DNA of 61,013 nucleotides, from NCBI GenBank assembly GCA_030167865.1, contig JALAGF010004370.1, forward strand, positions 1 to 61,013, in the 5' to 3' direction. Of this stretch, positions 35,401 to 46,418 are shown in pieces. Position numbers and translations under genes: made by a program. Below the pieces are notes generated by a model. The model searched no databases and had not been told where the DNA came from. It saw only the letters and a list, made by a program, of their open reading frames with translations. Origin of the DNA: Craspedostauros australis. Taxonomy: Eukaryota. Positions within the stretch are counted from its first letter, which is position 1. Each line of letters opens with the position of its first letter.

Positions 35401-37000
35401 GCTGACAGGCGCAGAACTAGAGAGCGGGGAGGCCATGCCACTGGTTTCATCATCCAATGAATTCGAAAATGGATGCCTCGGTGATCACTGGGAACGCCGG
35501 CTGTTCTCCGGTGACCTCATGAACCCGATTGTTGACACCCAACAATTCTCCACCCGCCTCTCGACGTTAACGCTGGCGTATTTCGCAGACTCGGGTTGGT
35601 ACCAGGTGGATCTGTCCCGTGCCTCGAGCGCCTCTGGATGGGGACGAGGTGCTGGTTGCGGATTCGTCGATGACACCTGCATCGGAACCGACGGCAACGT
35701 GCCACCGCACAATGCGCCCTTCTTCTGCAACAGACCACCGTCAAGCCCAGGCGAAGCATCGGCCAGGAGTATCCACGGCTGCACTCCTGATCTTAGCCGC
35801 AAGGCTGTCTGTTCCATCGGACAATACGACCAGGCCATGATTCCACCGGAGTACCAGTACTTCAAGTCGATGTACGGCGCCGATGTAGGCGGCTTCGATT
35901 CTTTCATGGACTTCTGCCCAGTGTACACCGGCTACACCAACGGCCTGTGCTCCAGTAGCGACAGCGAGCGCCTGCTCAAGGCAAGCTCTGTGGAGCAGTT
36001 CGGTCTTCGCAATTCGCGTTGCGTGCTGGGGAGCTCCAACTTCTTCCAAGAAACGGCGCTCTGCATGCCCATCGCCTGCGTCGTCGAAGACCTGTCCCTT
36101 CGGATCGAAGTCAACGATGTCTGGCATGTCTGCACCCGTGAGAATCAGGAGATCGTGTCCGAGGACGTGATCATCAAGTGCCCCGACCCGAGGCGCATCT
36201 GTCCGACATTCTACTGTCCGTTCGATTGTCTCGGAACTGACGGGTTCTGCGATTACGGCAGCGGAAAGTGCATTTGCGAGACGAAGGACAGTTTTGGTCT
36301 GGCTGTGCTGTATCCCTGCGGAGAAAAGCAAACCGAAGACGAACTCAACGATGGTGCTACGACCCTCTTCGTCCACGGGGACGATGAGTTGGGAAATGCA
36401 CAGCCGAACTCCAAGATGCCAGCCGACGATGATCCGTTGGCGCCCATCTACGTCCTGGACACCGCAGCCTTAACCAGCGATGACAGGGAGGAGCGCACCA
36501 AGTATGCCTGGGTCGTTGGCCTTACGTGCGGCGTCAGCACTGTCGTCCTGTGCGTATGCGCTATCTTGTGCAACGTCGAGGCACGGCAGTTTCTCAACCG
36601 ACGGGCCTGGTTTCGAGCGGATGCCGTGAGGCACAATCAATCCCTTTTCAATGCAAACTCGACGACTAGCATGGACCCACCTCCTCCGAACAAGGACAAG
36701 ATGGTCGCCACCGTCCTGGTCGATCTCCGCATTCGCAACCATGACGATGCCATCCCCATGATAGACCTGGCCGAAACAGAATATCAAATGACAGACTCGG
36801 AACGGGATGTCTCTGTGGTCATGTCGGAAGTCTCCTCGGCATCACGAAATCCGGATTCTCTGTGCTTTGAGCGCAGCGAACAAGGCGATTTTGAGGAAGA
36901 GGAGGAGGGGTACCAGCGGCAGCAGCAGCAGCAGCACCAAGATATTCCGCCTTGCGACCACATGCAACAGCCTCACCAGGTCGTGCGCCGGCGGCGGTAA
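32462..37000 (+). CDS. Second, very large leishmanolysin-like (M8) metalloprotease with low-complexity insertions; membrane-anchored and intronless
   Basis: Signal-like MLLCVTACLALAPSSFA at 32462 (the frame is open from 32228, with another ATG at 32291). Motifs DQFDRP, HELGHALG, GDHWERR, DLMNP and DSGWY; EGF-like CPFDCLGTDGFC; TM helix AWVVGLTCGVSTVVLCVCAIL. Confidence 0.88.
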   Translation: MLLCVTACLALAPSSFASQPNLQPNSISPPKRHLTYQSSNRDNFEKFWIPSDVQYDTQIRSKRELSRIPLQKHKTGRKKRGRTVNIENSESGRTGVDHGDGGLGGDLQRSDRRRRRRQLDGDDGEAESINSDSNNESNGHAHDASNLRETTWTSILADASVHSPDGYDRSRSSGATRKQDAQASKDGGQSGRRLNGSTRARPGHHEQSHRRLRNGNAADGADGADDEKETEAEEDGFPISLSRTQFDPESQSKSEDGSTHASHFRRLYELFTKSNEDQKENFKRRAVEDDIDDGSSNGSSGSSSGASSVSRSQNVTWNISTSYEHTEQTETEPDTENPSASSPSDPQPPQSNDTPTGASSSVIYTIVDPEPNGQAERDQPKNDPLPDDARFEGSIDSLNPTPSPPQFRPIRIYATLAESSQDGQRLASNDRDILFNDLLAPALLAWSAALRVVPVKGNLTVDVSQLIDGKSCGPGLDSGLPSVHVPEEHLTEGIPETDIVVYLSLGYVVPPKSNPPTEAPTQPPTKSNPPTEAPTQPPTKSNDSWSSSDDGNPDESGAGDADESDADGGTSGEDGGVTSDQSEQDSQNNHTDLLGRTNSTSQLQTDVHNDTITSSGNTTDPCNATGSLDAQIGDSDSIGGCTEGHRNITDGSDDTNTTTTAPSPTPTNRYDGTCTGGYLAAASFCSTDQFDRPTAALLHICIDADFYHPENKNRNIRTLMHELGHALGFNALSMAHFRRQDGTPITKRTATGAVPDVNVECTGPSAQLGSNDVESSSPTTGVPPNTTAAASGGSGCTTTAITTAATSAATSAATSAAAPIIGDNTVDPNDQQQIASTTTSSSEDETIGNTYSATAHAESISGSSEAVSASNLTDLHNQTGAQASNQTDATQTTNQTARDVHGVIEDDADSDANSDEDAECGTGDDAKSDSSRSAGRYWAMVALPSEEILQFRTVRGGVRVAEIVTPSVVQVVRNQFDCQGLTGAELESGEAMPLVSSSNEFENGCLGDHWERRLFSGDLMNPIVDTQQFSTRLSTLTLAYFADSGWYQVDLSRASSASGWGRGAGCGFVDDTCIGTDGNVPPHNAPFFCNRPPSSPGEASARSIHGCTPDLSRKAVCSIGQYDQAMIPPEYQYFKSMYGADVGGFDSFMDFCPVYTGYTNGLCSSSDSERLLKASSVEQFGLRNSRCVLGSSNFFQETALCMPIACVVEDLSLRIEVNDVWHVCTRENQEIVSEDVIIKCPDPRRICPTFYCPFDCLGTDGFCDYGSGKCICETKDSFGLAVLYPCGEKQTEDELNDGATTLFVHGDDELGNAQPNSKMPADDDPLAPIYVLDTAALTSDDREERTKYAWVVGLTCGVSTVVLCVCAILCNVEARQFLNRRAWFRADAVRHNQSLFNANSTTSMDPPPPNKDKMVATVLVDLRIRNHDDAIPMIDLAETEYQMTDSERDVSVVMSEVSSASRNPDSLCFERSEQGDFEEEEEGYQRQQQQQHQDIPPCDHMQQPHQVVRRRR
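33995..34087 (+). repeat. Coding 42-bp tandem duplication (KSNPPTEAPTQPPT x2 plus a partial copy)
   Basis: Two near-identical 42-nt units inside the second M8 protease. Confidence 0.9.
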
Positions 37001-37687
37001 AGAAGCCGTTGGCGATGACACCAATGCGTGGCCTCATCGAACTTGTTTCCAAGTGGAGTCCAGAAACACGCGCGAATCCAGAAGTGCGGGTAGACCAGCT
37101 GATATTTTCAAGTATAGGTTAGAAGAGAGTAGAGTAGGTTAAGATGGTCTTTGGAGACTTCAAATACGAACATCTGGTTGCTGAAGTGCAGTGCATGCTA
37201 CGAGAATGCAGGTACTCTGCGATGGTCTGCTGTATCATACCACACTGTTGGATGGCGCACGATGATCCAGAACACGATTACTCGTACGACTACGACTTCG
37301 TTGCAAGACAGCATGTGCGCACGACTCACAGCGAATGTGGATGCAATTGCCGTCGTACTCTTAGGCAGCACAGTTCAGCCTTGGTGGTTGCAGCATCGTC
37401 TTCCAGCCAAGCTCAAAGCTACATCAGGCGGTGGTTCATCTTCTTTCATAACTTCCACTTCAAACTATCTTATCACACACACTTGTGCTTACTCCACGAA
37501 TTTCCAAATTATGCAGTCGTAGGCAGTACTCGTACGACCACGAATGATCCTTGGCGCCGTGTTTCACAACAACAAAACTCCCCTCATCTCTTGTCATGAC
37601 GCCGTGTGCTCATCATTCCATGTCACGTCCAATAAAGTACGTGCAGGTATGGTGCAGCATGGTCTGCGACGTGCCCGCTGCTCTGCT

Positions 37688-39559
37688 CTACACGTAATCG
37701 GTGACAGTGTTCCATACTTTGTGGTCTTTCGTGGTCGCAGATGTCGCATCTCCCTCCTTCGTTGCATGATCTGGCATCTCATCGGGAGGATGTGGATAAT
37801 CCAAATAGGCTTGCATGCCTGCTCCCAGTTCCACACGCAGGGTCGTGTCCGAATGTTTGGGTGGTGGAAATGCCAGTACCACAAGCCCGGCATCATCTTC
37901 GTCATCGTCGTTATCGTGGTCGGTGTCATCATTGATAGTCGTCCCACCCGCAAGCATGTCATCGCTGGTTCCCACAAAGGAATGTTCTATTCTGGATTGC
38001 AACGACTTTGGCAGATTCAAGTCAGCTTCGCTATTCACTATTGCATTGGCGGTCGGAAGAGGAGTCATCCAATTATCATCATCATCATCATCGTCATTGC
38101 TGCCATCTTTTTTCTGCGTTTGTAGGATGGACGATGATGCGATCATGCCCGATGTCGCTTTCTGAATCTTCTCGCGTTGTTGCTTGGAGAGGGGCATGAC
38201 GCTGGCTGGTTTGTGATTCACCCATATGTTGACCAGGAATGTGACACGCACCGAGTTATCACCATTCATATTGCTGCTGCTGCTGGTGGTGTATTGGCCA
38301 TGTTTTGTTTCTGCGGTAGGTTGATAGGATTGCTGTATCGCCGGATGCGCCGGAGCACCATGCAGCAACCTTCCATCAAAGACAATGTGCTTGGCCTTCT
38401 TGGGATGGCTGACGGTGAGCTCGGATATCATGCTGTCTTCTCCCATGTCGTAGGTGTGGGAGAGAATAATCGTTGGCGCTGCTCGGCGGGACGACTCCGT
38501 GAGGTAGGTGACCGTGCTCATGGCAGGGAAGTAGCCCAACCCGAATGTCTCTGCCAGAGCCTCGTCCTTGTCGTAGTGGAATTCGATCCCCGCTGATCGT
38601 TGCCACTCGTTGGTGTAATCTTGCCGTGGCTGCACCGAATCATCCCCATTGGCGCCTGCGTTCGTGGACGATGATGCCGTGCCCGTGTTCTTGATTTGAA
38701 CCCACCATTCCAATCCTGCGTGTGCAGCAGAATTCGTCGATGGCTGCAAGAGAGACGTCGCAGTATCCGGCGTGTGCGCATGCTTCTGAACATGACGTTG
38801 GAAGATGCGCCATGCCAGCCGCTCCATCTCGCAGAGCGGGGATGCAGATGGGTCCTTCTCAAAGTCTTGCACCATGGCAGCATCCAGCCAGAAGGTCTCC
38901 TTGGATTCCGATACCAGCGCGCGTGCCTGTTGGATGAGCAGATCGGATAGCGTCATGGCCGAGCTGGTTGTTGAGTTGGCATGTGAGCCAGCGGGAGGTT
39001 TCTTTAATATGGAAGTCTCAGGCGATGATGGTGATGGCGATGACGAAGACATTGGCGATGCTATTGGCTGAAGAAGAGAAGGTATGAGAAAGGACTGCGT
39101 GGCGATCGGGATGAACGGCGATGGCGCTGCCGTTGTCGCTGCCTCCAACAGAGCATACTCATCCTCCTGCTTGGGCATGCTGGCCGCTTGCGGGACGTCC
39201 ACCACCGCGGCTTCCGCGTTGCTGAGAATGCCCATGGCCTCCGCCTTGTCGTTGGATCGTGCGAGGATGCAGCAGTCCGCAGTGTGGTCGCAATCGCAGT
39301 AGCAAGGACCCATGCCGATGAATTCGAGATCTCCGCAATCCTGATGACACACATCGGCACATCCCTGGCAGATGCAAAGCGGGGCCGTGTCCGCAGTGTC
39401 GGCATCGTACTGTTCCGTGGACTTCAATCGCCCCGTTCCGCGGCCTTCGTCCTTCGTCCTGCTGCAGTTTTGGCACACGAAGATCGCTTGGAAGTGGGGC
39501 GTCCCCCCAGTCACCGCGAACGTGCAGTACGACACCTCGTCGTCTGGTAGCTCCGTCAT
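37688..39559 (-). CDS. UBR-box-like zinc finger fused to a 2OG-Fe(II) oxygenase-like domain
   Basis: N-terminal CTFAVTG...FVCQNC...ICQGCADVCH...CYCDC (UBR7/FBXO11-type pattern). C-terminal EWWVQ, FHYDKDE (HxD), STVTYL, FDGRLLHG (distal His) and RVTFLVN (2OG-binding Arg). Confidence 0.75.
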   Translation of the reverse strand: MTELPDDEVSYCTFAVTGGTPHFQAIFVCQNCSRTKDEGRGTGRLKSTEQYDADTADTAPLCICQGCADVCHQDCGDLEFIGMGPCYCDCDHTADCCILARSNDKAEAMGILSNAEAAVVDVPQAASMPKQEDEYALLEAATTAAPSPFIPIATQSFLIPSLLQPIASPMSSSSPSPSSPETSILKKPPAGSHANSTTSSAMTLSDLLIQQARALVSESKETFWLDAAMVQDFEKDPSASPLCEMERLAWRIFQRHVQKHAHTPDTATSLLQPSTNSAAHAGLEWWVQIKNTGTASSSTNAGANGDDSVQPRQDYTNEWQRSAGIEFHYDKDEALAETFGLGYFPAMSTVTYLTESSRRAAPTIILSHTYDMGEDSMISELTVSHPKKAKHIVFDGRLLHGAPAHPAIQQSYQPTAETKHGQYTTSSSSNMNGDNSVRVTFLVNIWVNHKPASVMPLSKQQREKIQKATSGMIASSSILQTQKKDGSNDDDDDDDNWMTPLPTANAIVNSEADLNLPKSLQSRIEHSFVGTSDDMLAGGTTINDDTDHDNDDDEDDAGLVVLAFPPPKHSDTTLRVELGAGMQAYLDYPHPPDEMPDHATKEGDATSATTKDHKVWNTVTDYV

Positions 39560-40105
39560 CGTCTTCTCAGTGTGATCTCTTTGCGTTCACTTGCGATGAA
39601 TGGCACCTCCCCTCTCTTCCATGGATTGATGGACCTTCCGATGTCCTGTTGGAGGTGCCACGGGAGGGGATGTCGGTGTCACAACATGTGCTCAATGGCT
39701 TCCCTTCTCCGTTTTGGTCTTCTCGATGTTCCATGTTGGCGCCAGATTTATGGCATCCGACCGACCAGGCGAACAGACGTCAGCGAAACGGCGAATTCTG
39801 CACTTGCCATCTGCGTTCCGTTGAGTCATCCACGTACGAACACGCGACCAGGTGGCGAAGGCATCCAAATGACCGAAACAAACAGGTGATGGCTGTTGGG
39901 ACAACATGAAGCAAGCCATGGAGCATAGCATTCGGCCATGATGGCGGCGATGATGACGATGGCAATGAAGTCTCTGATGGATCAACGCTGAGAGGCAACG
40001 GAATGGAATGAAAGGCATCGTCGGTCATCAGCATGGCGATTGCCTTCTGTGGGAATCATCTGTTACATTATACAACGTGATCCGAGTCGAACAGAACAGA
40101 ACAGA

Positions 40106-42232
40106 ATGGTTCGGACAGAGGCAAGCCGTCCGCGGCTCGGTGTGCTTGCGGGCACGCTCGTGCTCATCGTGCAGTTGGCGTCCCTCTCAGATGCGCAGAG
40201 AGCTCCCGCAAGCGTTCAGCAGCGGCAGCGAAAACATCAGGCCCCGGTCGCCGCACAACGACTGCAACAGCAAAATCAGCAAGCGACGGACGATGTGCGA
40301 TCAAAAAAAGATGAGGAGGACCCTGTGAGACATCCTGCATCGCATGTGACATCCATGATCGAAGGCCCTGCTTTCGATCTTTCAAGTGCACACTCTGCCA
40401 CACACTCTGCCACACACTCTGCCACACACTCTGCCACACACTCTGCCACACACTCTGCCACGCGCAACACAGATAGAAGAAATAGCCACCAAAGAACAGC
40501 GACAGCAACGGCAGCAAAGTGCCGACTGTGGATGGCACCATCGTACACATCCACAACGAAACATCCCCGATTCGGTTTCTATGCTGGCACGGACTACAGT
40601 CCCAACCAAACGATACCCAACCTCGCAGAACTCGCCATCCCGTTGGTGGACTGGGACGCATCCCACCATTGGATCCGTGAGTACCTGTGGACGGCCGATC
40701 CCGTCGGCACGCAATGGGAGACGGAAGTGCCATCCCCCGTTCTCATCACTGGCATGCATCTCAACTATCATTCTGGCATATCCAACATCGATTGGCATCA
40801 GCCCTCGACGTTGTTGCAAGACCGGCATGGTCCGCTCCTCTTTCCATCCGGGGAGGCCAGTCCGGGACGAGGTGCCGTGACACCGTTCGGGAATGTCACG
40901 CTCCAGGCAACGCGGTACATACCTGCAGGCATGGAGCTGTTCATGGAGTACGGCGGTCAAGCTTGGAGTTTGAAACCGGGTGGGAGAGATGGCAAAGGGG
41001 TGAATGCGCCGAAGGCTAGTGACAACGACGACGACGACGATTCTGACTTTGACGATGTATCCGGTCGCGAGTACGATGATGCGTACCAAGATACGATTCG
41101 ACAGTCGGACTACGAGTACGCAGATCAGATCGTGAAGGCCATGGTTCAGTTTTACGAGGAATCCGACGGTTCGATCCAATTACAGCACGATATTCTCGAT
41201 TTCGTAATGGATCACATCCTGCCCGCGGCGGCCGGAAAACGAGCCAAGATCATTCGTAGTTTGATCCCATCCAATCCACAAACGTTGCAACGCGTCGTGG
41301 ACATCGGCGGGACCTTCCATCACCGGTATTCCGACATGATACGGTCCGAGGGGTGGCTGCGACAGAATGGCATGTGTGTCGTCGACAATATCCGCGTGGG
41401 ACGATCGACGATTCCCAATGCAGGGCGCGGTGCCTTTGCACAACGCAGCTTCACCAAACATGAAATCATCGTGCCAACGCCCATGGTGCATATCAGCCGC
41501 AAGCAACTTGAGAGAGACCAACAGCAACCGCAGCTGCTTCTCAACTATTGCTTCGGCCATCCCGAATCGTCGCTGTTGTTGTTGCCGCTGGGTCCTATGG
41601 CGACGTACATCAACCATTCGCCGAAACCAAATGCGTACATCACATGGATGGCGACAAGCGATACGAAAGGACTCACCAATCGTCCATATTGGCAGGACAA
41701 GTCTGTCGAACAGGTCCTCCGCAAGAAGTACGTCGGGATCGTCATGAAGATTGTGGCGTTGCGAGACATTTTACCGGGTGAAGAGATTGTGTTGGATTAC
41801 GGCAACGATTGGCAACGAGCATATGATGGTATACGTGCGTCTGACACCGCGTGGCCGCTCAAGGCTCAAGATTTACGACGGCGGCATCGCGATCGGCTCC
41901 CGCGCAATGTCGGCATGGCCTGCTTCATACGATCCGAATACAAGGTATTGCGGTACAACAGGAACAATCAGCAGATCACTCAGTTTGTGGAAACATCGCC
42001 GCGCGGTGAAGATCTCTGCATCGTGGATGTGTTGGCGCGGCATGCCGGCAATTACACGGTGTTGGCACGCGTATCCTTGGATCGGGTGGAGCAAGTGGAG
42101 AATGTGCCACGAACCGCATGCACCTTCGTGGATCGTCCCTACACGAGCGATCTGCATGTCGACGGTGCGTTGCGGCAAGTGATTAGGATCCCGGATGAGC
42201 AATTTCCGTTGGCGTGGCGTGATTTGCGTTGA
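40106..42232 (+). CDS. Signal-peptide-bearing protein with a degenerate plus a complete SET domain (diatom-expanded type)
   Basis: Hydrophobic N-terminus LGVLAGTLVLIVQLASLSDA. First SET remnant LNYHS...ATRYIPAGMELFMEYG. Second SET STIPNAGRGAFA...YINHSPKPN...ALRDILPGEEIVLDYG. Confidence 0.85.
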   Translation: MVRTEASRPRLGVLAGTLVLIVQLASLSDAQRAPASVQQRQRKHQAPVAAQRLQQQNQQATDDVRSKKDEEDPVRHPASHVTSMIEGPAFDLSSAHSATHSATHSATHSATHSATHSATRNTDRRNSHQRTATATAAKCRLWMAPSYTSTTKHPRFGFYAGTDYSPNQTIPNLAELAIPLVDWDASHHWIREYLWTADPVGTQWETEVPSPVLITGMHLNYHSGISNIDWHQPSTLLQDRHGPLLFPSGEASPGRGAVTPFGNVTLQATRYIPAGMELFMEYGGQAWSLKPGGRDGKGVNAPKASDNDDDDDSDFDDVSGREYDDAYQDTIRQSDYEYADQIVKAMVQFYEESDGSIQLQHDILDFVMDHILPAAAGKRAKIIRSLIPSNPQTLQRVVDIGGTFHHRYSDMIRSEGWLRQNGMCVVDNIRVGRSTIPNAGRGAFAQRSFTKHEIIVPTPMVHISRKQLERDQQQPQLLLNYCFGHPESSLLLLPLGPMATYINHSPKPNAYITWMATSDTKGLTNRPYWQDKSVEQVLRKKYVGIVMKIVALRDILPGEEIVLDYGNDWQRAYDGIRASDTAWPLKAQDLRRRHRDRLPRNVGMACFIRSEYKVLRYNRNNQQITQFVETSPRGEDLCIVDVLARHAGNYTVLARVSLDRVEQVENVPRTACTFVDRPYTSDLHVDGALRQVIRIPDEQFPLAWRDLR
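40391..40462 (+). repeat. Coding 12-bp minisatellite (CACTCTGCCACA x6) encoding (HSAT)6
   Basis: Read directly from the sequence. Confidence 0.95.
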
Positions 42233-42773
42233 CTACTGGCATACTCGTATGTGTATTGAGCGAGTGCTATTCTACGAGTACTCTCTAGTATGCTGGAGTG
42301 TTGTTGTGCATCGAACAAAGGTCCATTCATTTGGTACTGGACGAGTATGTACGTAGAGCACGTAACATGCACAATTTTGAAACCCAATGATGATGTAATA
42401 GCGAGCTAATTGTAATTTGCATGATGGAGACTGCGATTCGTGAAGTGCGTGGACCGCATTTCACTGCGTCGCGTTGCATTGCGCTTGTATGGCGATCCCA
42501 TACTCTCCATTCTTGTTCTTCGGCCTTCGGTGCAACAGAATTTGTTGTCATCACTGCGCCTGCTCGTCCGGTACGAGTATTGGTTGTGGGGTTGCCACAG
42601 ATCGTTGTGTTCGTCTCCGGTTGCTCCCGTACCGATGTGGAACGGGACAGCCTGTCAACGAACAACCGCGTGCACATCTACCATGTGTACATGTACAGGA
42701 TGCAATACGCAATCACGAAGAATACACACAGACACACACTCGCACAGAGTACGAGTCGACTCTTCGTGCCACT

Positions 42774-43714
42774 CTACTTTTGCCTCGACTGCTTAAAGAC
42801 CGCGACATCGTCCAGGACCTTGGTGACGGCACTGGCGAGGACGCTCTTGGCGACGCATCCGACGATGGTGTCGAGCAGCTGGTTGCCGTAGTAGAATTGA
42901 ATGGTGGGGATGGAGGTGACGCCGCATTCCGCTGCGACCTCGGCAAGATCGTCCGTGCAGACTTCGACGACCTGGATGTCCTTTGAGAATTGTTTCATAA
43001 TGTCCTTGACGACGGGCGTGGAGAGGCGGCATGGTCCGCACCTGTGATATGAGAGCCGTTGCACGTGTTTGGAAATGAATTGGAGGCGTGAGAATGAGCG
43101 AACGACGCCGACACTTCTTCCTGTGTGTTGTTGGAAGAAAGAGAAGGGTGGATCAGGCAGAATGAAGATACCACACACATATGTGCATACATATATGCAT
43201 ACATATACACGCAAATAGACAAACGCACAATCCATTTCAAAACCACCACCAATGCATATGGTACATTGCGATATCATGACGATATCATGGCACTTCTGCC
43301 ATTACACACGTACCACGGCGCTGTGAAGAAGACCAGCACAGCCTTGTTGGTATTTTCCGAGAGTACAATGTCTTGAAACTGTTGCTCCGTTCGAATCTCC
43401 TTGCCACCGGACTTGGCAGCCAACGCAGTCGCAGACGATCGGGCTTGTATTCTGTTGGAAGCAGCAGGAAGAGAAAATGCCTCCACTCCAAAGGACGACG
43501 AAGTTGATGACGGTCCCACCACCAACAGCATCAGCATCGTCATCAGCATTGTTGTGATGGCAGACAGCGTGATGCTGCGAGTGATGCTTCTTCTGGATGA
43601 GTTTGAGGCCGATGAGCGGTCGATGGCGTTGGGTTGTCTGTTCCGTCGCAGCATCTGCTGTTGCTGGTGGTGCTGTGGATTGCTCTTCTGTCGGGCGTTT
43701 TGGTATTGCGCCAT
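42774..43714 (-). CDS. Plastid-type (m-like) thioredoxin; exons 43714-43314 and 43041-42774
   Basis: Intron 43042-43313 splits the Trp codon of FFTAPWCGPC; VTSIPT cis-Pro motif; signal peptide plus ...VEAF presequence. The true start may be a downstream Met near 43550. Confidence 0.88.
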
Positions 43715-46418
43715 GTTGTTGTGAGTGTCGCAATGAAGAGACTGAATGTGGCCAACGTCGTCCCTGTGCTGTGCTGGACAGTGTTGTGCACTTGTCTCTA
43801 TTAGTAGAGAGATGATCTGATGATCTGATGGGATGATGTGATGAATCGGTGGTCGAGGAGAACAGTGCCGACTTCTGGCGAAGGCAGGTCGCAATGCAGC
43901 TGCTGGGTTCGCCTGTTGTGAGTGGCCACACAATCGCGAGTCTGAATGCGTCTTCTATCGGTCACTTTGATGCAGAGCAACGTTGGGCAGAGCAATGCGG
44001 ATCACGAGAGGATTGGTCAATTGATGTCTCTCTATGCTCCTGCAATGAAGATGTCGTTGTTGTTGCCCATTCGGGAGGAGTGTGAGAGATGAGTGATTGC
44101 GAGTAATGACGGTGATGATGCACTCACAAACTTGCTCGTCCCCCCCATTCGCACCACAACTCGCGTGCTTCTCTGTCTCGTCTCGTGTCTCTGTCTTGTG
44201 TGTCACGTCGGATCTTGCTACGTCAGCAAAAACCAAATCCATTCAACCACTTTCCAAATCTCTCTTTTCGTTTCTATGAGTGATGAATACGGATTGTTCC
44301 AAATTGTCAAGATACAGAAATCGACCACCTCGACCATTCATGCCAATCCATCTGGTCAGTTGGATCCGTGTTCTGTTCGCTGTCACGAATTGGTGTGAAA
44401 AGCCTTGCGATCTGCCGGTGTCTAGTTAACCCTTTGATACAGTTCACAAGGGATGTGCTGGTTACAAAGTAAAGGAAAGTACGATGAATAAGAATGAAGT
44501 TTGTATAATAGTACTAATCCTGTGCTTGGTTTTATGGGTTACAATAGTTAGTTGGAATCGAAGAGTGAAGAAACGATGTTCACATGGTTTGTTTGCAGCT
44601 CTGCGCAGATCCTCTTGATTCAGAGCATCGAGGACAGATCTTCTACGCCTTCTACACTGCTCTCAATCTGTTGTTGCTTTGTATAATGCACTATTTGCAA
44701 ATCACAATGATCAACATCCTGTTGAAGTGGCAAGTAAATTAACACAACAGTTGTTATTGGAATTCATTGCCGGATTCGCTGTCGTCGTTGAAGCAGGCTG
44801 GATCTCCATTGCATCGTGATGGTTGCTCAGTCGACACTGTAATCCAGGAAGGAATCAAGATGGTTTGCATTCAAAAGATCTGAGGAGCATGTAGCACCCA
44901 GGACGTTGAGTTGGATCGATTGTGGTACAAAGGTAGGCAGATGGTTGGTTCATGGGAGAGAGAAAGAGAGAAGGAGGTGAATGTTGTGGTGGCTGGGGAT
45001 AGGAAGGTGCAGATGCCAATTTTCGTGCATTAAAGTCGGACACCAGACGTTAAACTATAGTCCGTCCCTCAATGAAGTCCAACTCAGTCCAATCCACAAC
45101 AGCCCAAACACGTTTGTCAATGCGCGTCCACAGCCGAACGGTGCGGTTCTCGGAGGAAAGCGTCCCACTGAACTTCAACACCCACCTACATAATTGCTTC
45201 GGCGGCGCCGCTACGGTTTCTCCGGCACTTTCTAACTTGTTTTCATTTGATTGCGTGTTGGGGCGATTTTGATCCGGAGGGCGAAGAACTGCAGGAGCCA
45301 ACAGATCTGTGGGATGGAACAGGCCGACATGACGATCACAAGTGCTCCACGAAAGATACCGTTTCGTCGTTTCGGGAGATTTGGAGTTCATGTTGTGACT
45401 CTGCGGAGACAGGAACTCCATCCTTGAGCGTGCATGCATGGCGGTTGAGCATCACAGAAGGTCAATCGTGTGAACGGCGCTGTATGAGCTGCGTCGTGGT
45501 TAAATCGTGCGCGCATCGTCCTCATGGTCGATGATGTGATGTTACCCACATTTCTCGCCATACCCACTCGTTCATGTGCTCCACTCTGTTTCGCATCATA
45601 CCTGTGCCCACCCGCTCAAGTGCGGTGCCTCACTCTCAACAACTGCTTTCTAGGTTGTTACGGAAACGTTGGGCGTCGTGATTCTTTCCATTTCGGAATG
45701 TCCTGGATGTTCCCAACGATGATGTTAGTGGACTTCCCTGCGATGCGAAACCATCGACTTTCCACTGTTGGCTGTGATCACGCCTGGATCTCATTGCACG
45801 GACACTGTCATTGGGGGCATCAAGGAACATGGCTCCCGCTGCGCGTGAAACCTTCTTCGTTGTTGTCGACATAGTGAAGACAGGTCTATGTTCGTCTTCG
45901 TCTTCGTGACTGTCATCATTGTCGCAGGATCCCTCTGGGTTGGGTTGGCCCCCGACACATGACGCAACTTATCCTGTGTCTTGTTTGTGGGTCATTCGAT
46001 GGTGCGTCCCCGTGTCTTGTTTTGGCCAGGTGCACACGTGCAATGGACGTTCTCTACCATGTTCCATGATGGCTTCTGTTACTGGTCAACAACCTGCGAG
46101 GTCGCAAGGTCGAAGAGTGAAGGATAACGGCCGAAGCAACGAGGCATCATCTCATCTGCAACAGCGCAACGCAACGCAACGCAACGTCCATGTCCGTTCC
46201 TGTGTTGACTTAATTGATCATCGTGGATATCTGCATGGTACACAGTCACACTCGTATCCACTCGTCCTCTGAGCTATTCTATAATAGTTGGAGAGCAGAG
46301 TCTTTGCTGGAATTGTGTTGTTGCTTTGGAGCTATTGTACATTAGTGCATCTATTGTTATGCCGTTGAGTCATAGTCGGAGGGTGTCGCGTGGGTTGTTA
46401 GCTCTTCTCTCTCTGTCT

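Noticed and set aside
45050-45439. Minus-strand ORF containing NRTVRLW (WD40-like)
   Set aside because: A single short match with no further repeats or gene structure.
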